Shown here piece by piece: positions 9,093-17,584 of a stretch of DNA of 42,477 nucleotides. The notes beneath the pieces are model-generated. The model made no database searches. It had not been told where the DNA came from and saw nothing but the letters and a program-made list of their open reading frames with translations. Location of the stretch: positions 1 to 42,477 of IMG/VR virus record IMGVR_UViG_3300032074_000011. One strand, given 5' to 3'. The stretch is from a virus (lineage: Duplodnaviria; Caudoviricetes). Each line of letters begins with the position of its first letter. The first letter of the stretch is position 1. Position numbers and translations under genes: made by a program.

Positions 9093-10067
9093 TTAGATTA
9101 AGCCTTGATCATTATGAAAAACAAATTGAGGTACCTCAAAGTTTAAAGATTCCCACCAATCAGTTAAAATATCAACAACTCTCTTGTTGCTCTCCAGCTT
9201 CAATGTATTTGCAAGAGCTGCTTTTTTTGTTGCTCTTATACGGTTATCAGCCAAAGTGGAAAAGATCAAATTGCTGCCAGCCATTGAGGGCAAACCAACA
9301 ACCTTAATATTTTCATAGTCCTCAATTGTCAACAATTCAGAGGTTTGAGCATAAGCAGTGTTATATTTTGCTCTCTTGCCTCTCTTGTATTTTGTTGCGT
9401 TGGTAGGGCTCATAAACAGAATATCCAAGCGGCTCCTGAATAGTTCCGGGATTGCATCAACAAAAGCCTCCATCTGATCAACAAAATCTTTGTTATCAGT
9501 TTCCAGGGCTCCGGTTGTAATTGCTCCGGCTCCCATATTTGTTAAGCCAGCGGTGTTGTAACCTGCAATAACTTTTTTCAAACCGTTCATTGCAGTGCCA
9601 GCGGCTCCAGCGGTGCCGGCTGTTGGAGCTGCATAAACTCCGTTGAAGTATTCGTTAAGTTCCAGGTCCTCAGCAATCTTTGCTTTAATGTGAATTTCAA
9701 TGAGCCAGCGAACAAACAACCAATTGCTCCTGTCTTGCTCCGGCTGAGAAGCTAAAAAGCCCAGGTAAGAGCTCTCCAGGTCATCCGGAGTTTCTTCCAT
9801 ATCAACTTTCAACTTGTACAGGTCAAATTGATTTGGAGTAAACTTGGTGGTGCCAAGCGGAGTAAATGCCTTTTGGAAAGGCTGTACAATACGGTTTAAC
9901 TGAGAAAGTGTGGCTCTGTAAATAGTGTCATCACTTGGGCGGTCCTGAAAGTAAGATGCTGTAACGGAGGGTTGATACAAAATAGAGCGTAAACGCTGCA
10001 TATTTTGCGGATTGCTTATGTAGTAAGAGCCAAATTGGGCTTTTACTGCGGCTATATCTATTGCCAT
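9093..10067 (-). CDS. Major capsid protein
   Basis: 324 aa, directly after protease/scaffold; MNGL motif and sequence pattern consistent with an HK97 fold. Confidence 0.8.
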   Translation of the reverse strand: MAIDIAAVKAQFGSYYISNPQNMQRLRSILYQPSVTASYFQDRPSDDTIYRATLSQLNRIVQPFQKAFTPLGTTKFTPNQFDLYKLKVDMEETPDDLESSYLGFLASQPEQDRSNWLFVRWLIEIHIKAKIAEDLELNEYFNGVYAAPTAGTAGAAGTAMNGLKKVIAGYNTAGLTNMGAGAITTGALETDNKDFVDQMEAFVDAIPELFRSRLDILFMSPTNATKYKRGKRAKYNTAYAQTSELLTIEDYENIKVVGLPSMAGSNLIFSTLADNRIRATKKAALANTLKLESNKRVVDILTDWWESLNFEVPQFVFHNDQGLI

Positions 10068-10135
10068 TTTAAAAAGGGTTTACAAAGGGTTTTAAAAAAA
10101 GGGTAGGGTTGATTTATCTATATGAAAAAAGAGTG

Positions 10136-10153
10136 TCCAAAGGATCCTTCGGG
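10136..10153. repeat. 18-bp palindromic element (intergenic)
   Basis: TCCAAAGGATCCTTCGGG, right after the protease stop codon. Confidence 0.85.
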
Positions 10154-10154
10154 C

Positions 10155-11429
10155 TTACAGTTTAGAAAACAATTCTTTTTGAAACTCCATCTCCTCTGCT
10201 TTTACAGTGGCAACCGGCTCAGCTTCTTTTGCACTTACTGCAGCTTTTGGAGCTGTTGCATCCTGGCTCTGGAGTGTTGCAATGGTGGCTTTTGCAGTGT
10301 TGAGTTCAGCTTGTGCGCTGTCTCTCTCTGTAGTTACTGCAGCCAGGCTGTCTTGTGCGGTCTGGAGATCTGCTTTTAAAGTTTCATTTTGGGCAAGTGC
10401 TGCCTCTATATTATCAGCCTGGGTATCTTCAAGCTGAATATCTTTTGCTGAGCTTACAGCTCCGGCAAAGCCGATAAAGGCTAAAAATTTAGTCCACTTC
10501 ATGTTTGTATTTTGATTTTGAATAAGTGCGGTTTGTGTCTCCGGCTGTTGTGCTGTTGCCTGGGCAAGTCCACGGGATTCTGCGAGCTTGAGAGCTTCAT
10601 TAACAGCCATATTGAATGAGCCAAGCTTATCAATCAAGCCTTTGCTCTTTGCCTCTTTTGCCAGGTATGTTGAGCCATTATAAACGCTTTTATCAGCGTT
10701 GGGCAAGTTGGTTGCAATGGCTTCGTGAAAAACAGAGTTTAAAGGATCCAGCCAGGTTTTTACAAGGGGCTCATAATTGCTTGCTCCGGCTTCGTTTTTA
10801 CCGTTTGCTTCTCTAAAGGGCAAATTTTTGTGAGTGCTTGAGGTGGCATAAACTTCGTGTTGCTTAATGCCTAATTGTTGCAAATAGCCGCTGTAGTCGT
10901 TCCAGGCTGCCATGGTGCCAATAGAGCCAATAATATCTGTACTGGAGCTGGCAACTCGCACGGCTGCCGCTGATCCGATCCACATGGCAGCACTTGCCAT
11001 CATTCCGGAGATATAAGCAACAACCGGCTTTGCACTGTTTTTTACAGCATTGGCAAAAGCCTCTGTGCCATCCACTGCGCCTCCTGGGCTGTCTATCTGT
11101 AAAACAATGGCAGCAATTGCCGGGTTATCATTAGCAGCCTGCAGAGCTTGTATAAGAGATTGAGTGCCTGCCGCTCCGCATGTGTCGTATTTCATTACAG
11201 CTCCTTGCAAGCTGATCACAGCAACTCCGTTCTCAACAGCATCTTGCATGCTGCCAATTTTTTTGCCGGCTGCATTAACTACAAAAGCATACTCTTTGGG
11301 CTTTTCTTCTTTCGTTTCGACCTCATTGCCTGCAATCACTCTTGCAGCCAGTAAAGCATAATGTTGAGCTTGTTCCGGATTAATGAGCCAGGGTGAATTA
11401 AAAGCCTGGAGTAAAATTTTGATGTCCAT
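10155..11429 (-). CDS. S49 (SppA-like) prohead protease with C-terminal scaffold
   Basis: IDSPGG, MASAAMW and IGSIG motifs; coiled-coil tail. ATG 11429 preferred as start. Confidence 0.9.
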   Translation of the reverse strand: MDIKILLQAFNSPWLINPEQAQHYALLAARVIAGNEVETKEEKPKEYAFVVNAAGKKIGSMQDAVENGVAVISLQGAVMKYDTCGAAGTQSLIQALQAANDNPAIAAIVLQIDSPGGAVDGTEAFANAVKNSAKPVVAYISGMMASAAMWIGSAAAVRVASSSTDIIGSIGTMAAWNDYSGYLQQLGIKQHEVYATSSTHKNLPFREANGKNEAGASNYEPLVKTWLDPLNSVFHEAIATNLPNADKSVYNGSTYLAKEAKSKGLIDKLGSFNMAVNEALKLAESRGLAQATAQQPETQTALIQNQNTNMKWTKFLAFIGFAGAVSSAKDIQLEDTQADNIEAALAQNETLKADLQTAQDSLAAVTTERDSAQAELNTAKATIATLQSQDATAPKAAVSAKEAEPVATVKAEEMEFQKELFSKL

Positions 11430-11462
11430 GCAAAAATTTGATATTGGATTCCTCTCAAATAA

Positions 11463-11493
11463 AAGAGGCTGCAAAAATGTTCTGCAGCCTCTT
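11463..11493 (-). terminator. 11-bp stem hairpin overlapping late promoter 2
   Basis: AAGAGGCTGCA/TGCAGCCTCTT followed by TTATTT. Confidence 0.6.
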
Positions 11494-11508
11494 AAGTAGA
11501 AAGGACAA
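11472..11508 (-). promoter_or_regulatory. Late promoter 2 (TGTCCTTT-N24-TTTG)
   Basis: Upstream of the protease-capsid operon. Confidence 0.8.
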
Positions 11509-11518
11509 TAAAAAGCCT

Positions 11519-14257
11519 TTATGGGAGTATTCGCCAGCTTACGGTGCTGGCATCACTTGCATTGGTACTGTTGATCACAAAAGAAGTTCCTGGAGTAAGA
11601 GTGCCTTTATAGAGCGTACCACAAGAGCTGCAGTTTTGATAATTCAATTCAATACTGCTGCCGGAAACTACAGCGGTGGAGCTTACGGTTGCCGTACCTC
11701 CGGAGAGTGTAGCGGTGCCGGAGCTGCTGCCTACATTATTCATCCATAATACCCAGTTAGTGCCGTTATACATAAACATCAAACGGCTGTTATTTGGGAA
11801 TAAGGTAAAGGCTGTTGTTGCATCTGCCTGCTTTACGTTGCTGGCTGTACAGGTCCAGGAGTAAGTATTGGAGGTGTTCTTATTCTCAATAAAAATCATA
11901 TCTCCGGTTGCAGGTGAAATAGGAAAGCCTGAGAGACTAAAGGAGCTGCTTGTTAATGCAGGCAGGATATTATAAGAGAAATATTTTGCAATAGAAGTAT
12001 TTGCAAGAGTTACCGTGTTGGCAGTGGGGGTTGGGTTAATATACCAATGTGCACCGATAACATTATTTGACGGTACCACATACCCCATAGAGGAGGCTGT
12101 GTTTTCATCAAAACTGGTTCCAAGTGCCTGTCCTGCAGTGGTGCCGGTCCTTCCCATAAAATAAAGCCTGGCTCCGGTGGCACGCCATCCGAAGAAAGCG
12201 GAGCCGGTGGCTACATAAGAGCCGTTTTTATAAGTGGCTCCAGCCATCATGCCTCCGGTGCCACTACCACTGCCTCCCCAAAATAACCCATCGGTTATAT
12301 TACTGTTTGAGGAGACAACTCTTGCCTGCCAGGAGGTTATGTCATTTCCTTCCACTTCAAAGGGCATGGTAGGGGGTGCGCTGTTAGCTCCCACTCTTAA
12401 ATAATCGCCTTGCTGATATACAGCCCGGTTATAGGTAAGCGGTGTGTTTTGCAGTTTTATCAGTCCTTGGGATGCAAAAAAACTATACATAATACCTGCA
12501 TAGGTTTGCTGAGCTTCGGGTGTAAGGTGTATGCCATCATAGCTCAATGCTGCCTGTATGCCGGTGCCTCCACTGGCTCTGAATGTTGTATTTACATCAA
12601 TCAGCCTGCTGTAATTATTGGCTAAGGCAATATTGTATGCAGTGGCATCAAAGTCATTTCTTGGCATTACATTGCTGATAAACAGATTTTTACCATATAC
12701 ATAGCCGGCTGCTGTAAAAGAGCTTACAAGGCTTGCCAGCTTTGTTTTCATGGTGGTTGTATCGTCCAGGCTTGCCAGGTTGTTAGTGGCAAGAGAAAGC
12801 AGAATATTTTTAGGGCTGTGAGCAATAACCTCAGCCGGATTAATATCCTCTATCCGGTTACTGTTGCCGGCAAATACTGCCACTGGTTGCCCGGTTAAAT
12901 TCTGCAGTTGTGCGGTCCATGTCTGAGCCGGGTTTGCGGTGGTGGTGGCAACATCAATGCTGGTACCTGCTACAGCAAGCGGAGCGTTTACAAGCTCATT
13001 ATCATAAACGCTTATACTGTCAATGGTACTGGCACCTCCATTGGCATACAACGTAAACTTGCCTGCATTGGGTGGAGTAACAGTAGAGCCATTATTTTGA
13101 GGAGCCTCATAACGAAATAAAACAGAGGGCTTGCCAGGCTGTGAAAGGTTCTGCCAGGTAATTTCAAACGTATTTAAGATACGCTGTACTCTTATTGAGG
13201 TGCTGTCTCCTGCAGTTATAGCCAGCGGATTAACAGAGCTGGCAATAAGGTTACTACTATTCTCCGCATAATACACCTCAATCAACCCGGCTTTGGTGGC
13301 ATCTGTACAGAAACGGAAAGCAAGAGATTTATTATTGTTAACTACGGAGGAAATGCCAGCCGTAATACCGTAAGAAGTACTTGAAATAGTAGGGATAATA
13401 AACTTGTAAATATTTACGGTCCACTTTCTTAAATTGGTATTACCATAAGCATTGTTTTTTATAGAGGTAGTAAAGGAAATGTCTCCGTTAGGGACATTTA
13501 ACTTGTTGGCTGATACGGTCCATGTACCGGCTTTAGTCCAATTGGTGAGGCTTGTAAAATGATCCCCTATAATAGCTCCTTTCTCAGCAAGCTGTACATC
13601 TGATTTAAGAGCATAGCCGCTTAAATCCTGATCTCCGGTATTAATGCCGGTTACAGCATCCAAAGCCACCTTATTACTATGTGTATGCCTGGCTGCGGTA
13701 TTTGCCGCAAGGTCGTTTTTATCAGCCGTTGTATAATCATTGGTACTTAATCCTTTACCTGCCACCTGGGCAACATAAGTGCTGGCTGCAGTGCTGGAGA
13801 GCAAATAAGATCCCAAGCCCAAATTTTGCCTGGCAGCGTTTTTATCTGTTAAATCACTGAGGTTGTTGCTGGCTGTAAGCTTGCCTCCTATTGCATCACT
13901 GTAAGTAAACATCTGTACATTAAGGTTTGCAATATCCGTGGTGTTTTGATTAACCTGGCTTTGCAAGCTGGAGTTGTTGCCCATCTCTTGCCAGTATTCG
14001 TTTGTAGTGCCTCCATCTAAATAATAATATTTGTGCATGGAGCTTACAAAGCAAATCAAGCCCTCTTGCCTCAGATAATCTTTAATAGCGTCTCTTTCAG
14101 TTAAAGTGGTAACTTTCTGCAGAGCTCCTTTTATTTCTGCAGATAAAGCCAAAGCATAAGAGCCGTTTGGGTGTAGGGCTCCATCTCCTCCAACTTTGGG
14201 CTGAGCAAAGGAGTAAAAAGCACATAGGAGTAATACAGTAAGAAAAGAATATTTCAT
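11519..14257 (-). CDS. Fibre/spike-like protein with Sec signal peptide and SGNH esterase domain
   Basis: MKYSFLTVLLLCAFYSFA-Q signal; NNLSDL...ARQNLGLG and GKGLSTNDYT fibre motifs; SGNH blocks GTSI, ATNN and DGIH. Confidence 0.7.
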   Translation of the reverse strand: MKYSFLTVLLLCAFYSFAQPKVGGDGALHPNGSYALALSAEIKGALQKVTTLTERDAIKDYLRQEGLICFVSSMHKYYYLDGGTTNEYWQEMGNNSSLQSQVNQNTTDIANLNVQMFTYSDAIGGKLTASNNLSDLTDKNAARQNLGLGSYLLSSTAASTYVAQVAGKGLSTNDYTTADKNDLAANTAARHTHSNKVALDAVTGINTGDQDLSGYALKSDVQLAEKGAIIGDHFTSLTNWTKAGTWTVSANKLNVPNGDISFTTSIKNNAYGNTNLRKWTVNIYKFIIPTISSTSYGITAGISSVVNNNKSLAFRFCTDATKAGLIEVYYAENSSNLIASSVNPLAITAGDSTSIRVQRILNTFEITWQNLSQPGKPSVLFRYEAPQNNGSTVTPPNAGKFTLYANGGASTIDSISVYDNELVNAPLAVAGTSIDVATTTANPAQTWTAQLQNLTGQPVAVFAGNSNRIEDINPAEVIAHSPKNILLSLATNNLASLDDTTTMKTKLASLVSSFTAAGYVYGKNLFISNVMPRNDFDATAYNIALANNYSRLIDVNTTFRASGGTGIQAALSYDGIHLTPEAQQTYAGIMYSFFASQGLIKLQNTPLTYNRAVYQQGDYLRVGANSAPPTMPFEVEGNDITSWQARVVSSNSNITDGLFWGGSGSGTGGMMAGATYKNGSYVATGSAFFGWRATGARLYFMGRTGTTAGQALGTSFDENTASSMGYVVPSNNVIGAHWYINPTPTANTVTLANTSIAKYFSYNILPALTSSSFSLSGFPISPATGDMIFIENKNTSNTYSWTCTASNVKQADATTAFTLFPNNSRLMFMYNGTNWVLWMNNVGSSSGTATLSGGTATVSSTAVVSGSSIELNYQNCSSCGTLYKGTLTPGTSFVINSTNASDASTVSWRILP

Positions 14258-14283
14258 TGTTTGATATTGGAATTTTAAAAGGG

Positions 14284-15216
14284 TTAATCAGCATCAATCT
14301 TGGTGGCTCCATCCTGAGCCTGGGCGGTTACATAGATATAATAAGGCTGAGAAAAGCCGGAGGCATTCACGAAGTTTCTTGTAATAGGGGTGCCATTGTC
14401 TCCCATCGCTGCCAGGGCTGGAAAGCCGTTGATCTCACACTTGGTTAACAGTCCAAAGCTTACCGGGTAAGCATACGCCAAATATTGAGGGGTTGCCGGT
14501 GCCGGCTGTGTAAATACTTTGGTATTGTTGCTGGCAAAGCTGCCTCCGTTGGCTAATAGCTCCGCATCTGTCGGAGTGGTGCTTGATACCCATCCAAGAT
14601 AAGCCTTTGCTGCAAAGCTTACAGTGGTGCTGGCTGTTGCTGTCTGTCCATCTGCAGCGGTAACAGTAATGCTTAAAGTGGTGTTTACATTGCGTGGCAC
14701 ATTCACAGCCTGGGTGCCGCTGCGTGTGGTGTTGGCTGCAATGATGCCAGGTGTGCTTTGTGCAATACCTCCAACCATAATGGAGGTTATTTGCTGCGTG
14801 GTGGCTTTACGTGTGGCACTCCAGCTCAGATTATAAACCAAGTCGGCTCCGGGTGCCATTAATTCAACCTGGTTGCCTCCGCTTATGGTGGCTGCCGGAG
14901 CCTCCGCTTTAAAATAAGCCGCTGTAAGCCATGCCACAAGATCAGTGGTGCCAGGGTTAAAGCCTACTGAGGGAGTGGAGGTAACAGGTCCATTTGGTAC
15001 GGTAAGGCTCACTCCTTTTCTAAACTCCAATTTGCCTCCTCCGGCATTAGTGAGCACTCCATTTGCCACACTATCTGATGGTAGATTGAAAATAATATTT
15101 GTTTTGCCGGATCTGCTTTTATAAATAAAAGTATCTGCATAATAGGGCTGTACAGTCTGAGCCATTATGGAGGCTGAGATCAGCAATAAAAAAAGGGTAA
15201 AGAGTTGTTTAAACAT
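14284..15216 (-). CDS. Signal-peptide-bearing beta-rich (Ig-like) protein
   Basis: MFKQLFTLFLLLISASIMA-Q signal; Thr-rich; YLAYAYPxSFG motif seen in phage structural proteins. Confidence 0.65.
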   Translation of the reverse strand: MFKQLFTLFLLLISASIMAQTVQPYYADTFIYKSRSGKTNIIFNLPSDSVANGVLTNAGGGKLEFRKGVSLTVPNGPVTSTPSVGFNPGTTDLVAWLTAAYFKAEAPAATISGGNQVELMAPGADLVYNLSWSATRKATTQQITSIMVGGIAQSTPGIIAANTTRSGTQAVNVPRNVNTTLSITVTAADGQTATASTTVSFAAKAYLGWVSSTTPTDAELLANGGSFASNNTKVFTQPAPATPQYLAYAYPVSFGLLTKCEINGFPALAAMGDNGTPITRNFVNASGFSQPYYIYVTAQAQDGATKIDAD

Positions 15217-15221
15217 AATCA

Positions 15222-16010
15222 CTATTTGAAAATAATTACTCCCGGTCCGGGCATATTTAGAGTTATTGTAAACTTGGTTGTTTGGGGGGGAAAAGCATCC
15301 ACCGTTATAACAGGATTAGGATATAAGCGGAGCTCTCCGGCTTCACTATACCATACCTCAATTAAGGGATATAAGCCATAGGTGGCTTTATTTTCAGCCG
15401 TCCAATCCACTTGCAAGCCTGTCTGGGTTTCATCAAATGGAAACACTAAAGTTTTATTCATATTATTATCAGAGTTGCCGGTATCATCTGAGGGAGGTAA
15501 AGTCTTATCCAGGCTAAAGGCTGGCAATACAAAAGCTTTGTTGAGTAAGTTGGCAGTAAAAGTAAAATTGTTGCCTGCCGCTTTTTTGCCATCGGAGGAG
15601 TAAGCCGCATCAAATTGCAATCCATGGTCCGGGGTGCCAATTAGCAAGTACATGCCTCCGGCTCTCATTTTACCAACAACAATAAACTCATAAAAGTGCA
15701 TGTTTTCTATGTTGATCCGGCTGGCTGCATTGTCTCCCACATGAAAGCCAGTTATTTTATGCTGCCAGTAAAGTCCCGCACTGTCTCTTTTGGGTGTCTC
15801 CTCAAAGCCAAGCTGATCATTTGGCACCTGCACAGGTCCAAACCAAGAGCCGCTTATTGGTGGCTCCTCTTTTAAATACTGAGTGAATGGATCTATTGCC
15901 GGTAAATGGAGGAGCTGCGCTTTATCCGCATAATACCACTTGCAAAAGCCGCCATTATAGGGCAAGCCCTTTGCCAGTGTGGTAAAGCCTTTATAGCCGG
16001 TTTGTAACAT
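15222..16010 (-). CDS. Structural protein with appended C-terminal domain
   Basis: First gene after late promoter 3; C-terminal ~75 aa is paralogous to that of 40009-40848. Confidence 0.65.
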   Translation of the reverse strand: MLQTGYKGFTTLAKGLPYNGGFCKWYYADKAQLLHLPAIDPFTQYLKEEPPISGSWFGPVQVPNDQLGFEETPKRDSAGLYWQHKITGFHVGDNAASRINIENMHFYEFIVVGKMRAGGMYLLIGTPDHGLQFDAAYSSDGKKAAGNNFTFTANLLNKAFVLPAFSLDKTLPPSDDTGNSDNNMNKTLVFPFDETQTGLQVDWTAENKATYGLYPLIEVWYSEAGELRLYPNPVITVDAFPPQTTKFTITLNMPGPGVIIFK

Positions 16011-16014
16011 GCTG

Positions 16015-16051
16015 CGAATGTCAGCCGGGACCTATACAGTAGAAAGGACAA
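16015..16051 (-). promoter_or_regulatory. Late promoter 3 (TGTCCTTT-N24-TTCG)
   Basis: 4 nt upstream of ATG 16010. Confidence 0.8.
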
Positions 16052-16083
16052 TAAAAAAGGAGGCTTTGTTTTTACAAAGGGTA

Positions 16084-16647
16084 CTACTCATGTGCCATGG
16101 TTCCCACCACGAAATTTTTTAAAAGCTCTTTGGTCTTTTGCCGGGACAATTCAGCGTTTTTTTTCTCTACTTCTTTTCTAAAACGGTACTCTTTCTTTTT
16201 GAGGGTATCAAAAGCAATATCCTCCTCTATCTCAATTCCATACTTATTGCAGAAAGCCTGGAGTGCATCTTTTGTCTCAATGCCTACCATGTACAGAGCC
16301 AGGCAGAATTGATAAAGCTCCTCCTCAAACTTTGCCTCCATCAGCTTGTTAACGGTTAAAGCCTGGTTTTCACTTATGGAAAGATCATAATCATAATGAG
16401 ATAAAAAAGAGGGTGCAGCTTTTATGTTTATGCTGGAGGTGAAAGAATCAAAGCGGATCCGCTTTGCTGCCGGGCTATCCTGACTCCTCAGTGGCTTCTT
16501 GAGCGATATTGCCACCGTTAAGCCAAAGTAATTTTTGGTTGAAAAACATACAGGGTTACCATACTGAGCCTGAATATATTTTTTAAGATAGGGCTTTGTA
16601 GGTAGTTGAATTGTTACACTTTTTTTGGGCTTGCTTACGATCTCCAC
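16084..16647 (-). CDS. Basic protein, candidate late transcription regulator
   Basis: 187 aa, Lys-rich; last gene before the late operon; HTH-like segment (ALQAFCNKYGI...FDTLKKKEYR). Confidence 0.55.
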   Translation of the reverse strand: MEIVSKPKKSVTIQLPTKPYLKKYIQAQYGNPVCFSTKNYFGLTVAISLKKPLRSQDSPAAKRIRFDSFTSSINIKAAPSFLSHYDYDLSISENQALTVNKLMEAKFEEELYQFCLALYMVGIETKDALQAFCNKYGIEIEEDIAFDTLKKKEYRFRKEVEKKNAELSRQKTKELLKNFVVGTMAHE

Positions 16648-16888
16648 AGCTTAATATTATTTCTTTTTTCTCTTGATAATTGGATAAGCCTCAAATATCA
16701 ATAAATGCAAACAAAGACTGATTAATCAGTAATTAAACTACCTACATTCCTATTTAAAAGGAGTTAAATTATTACCCGGCACTACTTGTACTACCAGGAC
16801 TTTACCTTTTTTTATAAATTCTGGTAACTGTCTGCTTTAAAATTTTGCCAGGCTTGCTGCCACTCATAATAGGAGTTTAAATGAAAGA

Positions 16889-17572
16889 TCATTGCATATA
16901 AGCTTTGATCTGTTGCCACCAGATACGGTAGGCTTTTGCGTTATAGTGTAAGCCATCCACTGTCAAAGAAGTGTCCAGGGCATTGTTTTTAACCATATGG
17001 CTATACAAGTTTACATAGTGGATATTTGGTTGCAGGCAAAGGTGTTGCAGTGAATCATTCACCTTTACAATGGCAGGATTTAATGCTGCCAAATTGTATG
17101 TGGTAGGTGTTAAAGAGTTTATGTAAAGTTCTGTCTGGTTTGCACTCCCTTTTTGAACTATCTCAATAGCCTTTCTGTAGTTGGTCAAAATACTGTCAAC
17201 ACTGACATGATATATCAAGTCGTTAATACCCATTTCAAGGAATATCTTTCGTGGGTGGGCTGCAACGATCTGAGGTAATCTTGCAATTACCTGGTAAGTC
17301 CAATTGCCGGAAATGCCACGGTTTTTAACCTTGACGCCGGGGAATAATTCATAAACAGGAAAGCCCTCCGTTATACTATTGCCTACAAAAACAACATCAT
17401 TTGAATCGATAGGCATCTGACTATAAACGGCTTGCCTTACATCTCCATTCCTGTAATTATACGAGCTTGTTATTGGTGTTGGCCTGTGGGTGTAATAATA
17501 CTTAATAGAAGCGCATATAATCAGAGCCACATTTAAACCCAGGGAGATAAAAAGTAAAGTTCTTTTAACCAT
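16889..17572 (-). CDS. Membrane-anchored GDSL/SGNH hydrolase
   Basis: N-terminal TM; GNSIT, RGISG, GINDL and DGLH blocks. Confidence 0.88.
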   Translation of the reverse strand: MVKRTLLFISLGLNVALIICASIKYYYTHRPTPITSSYNYRNGDVRQAVYSQMPIDSNDVVFVGNSITEGFPVYELFPGVKVKNRGISGNWTYQVIARLPQIVAAHPRKIFLEMGINDLIYHVSVDSILTNYRKAIEIVQKGSANQTELYINSLTPTTYNLAALNPAIVKVNDSLQHLCLQPNIHYVNLYSHMVKNNALDTSLTVDGLHYNAKAYRIWWQQIKAYMQ

Positions 17573-17584
17573 TGTAAAACTCTT

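Noticed and set aside
11519-14257. Diversity-generating retroelement target or invertible fibre cassette
   Set aside because: No reverse transcriptase, no TR/VR pair and no flanking inverted repeats seen.
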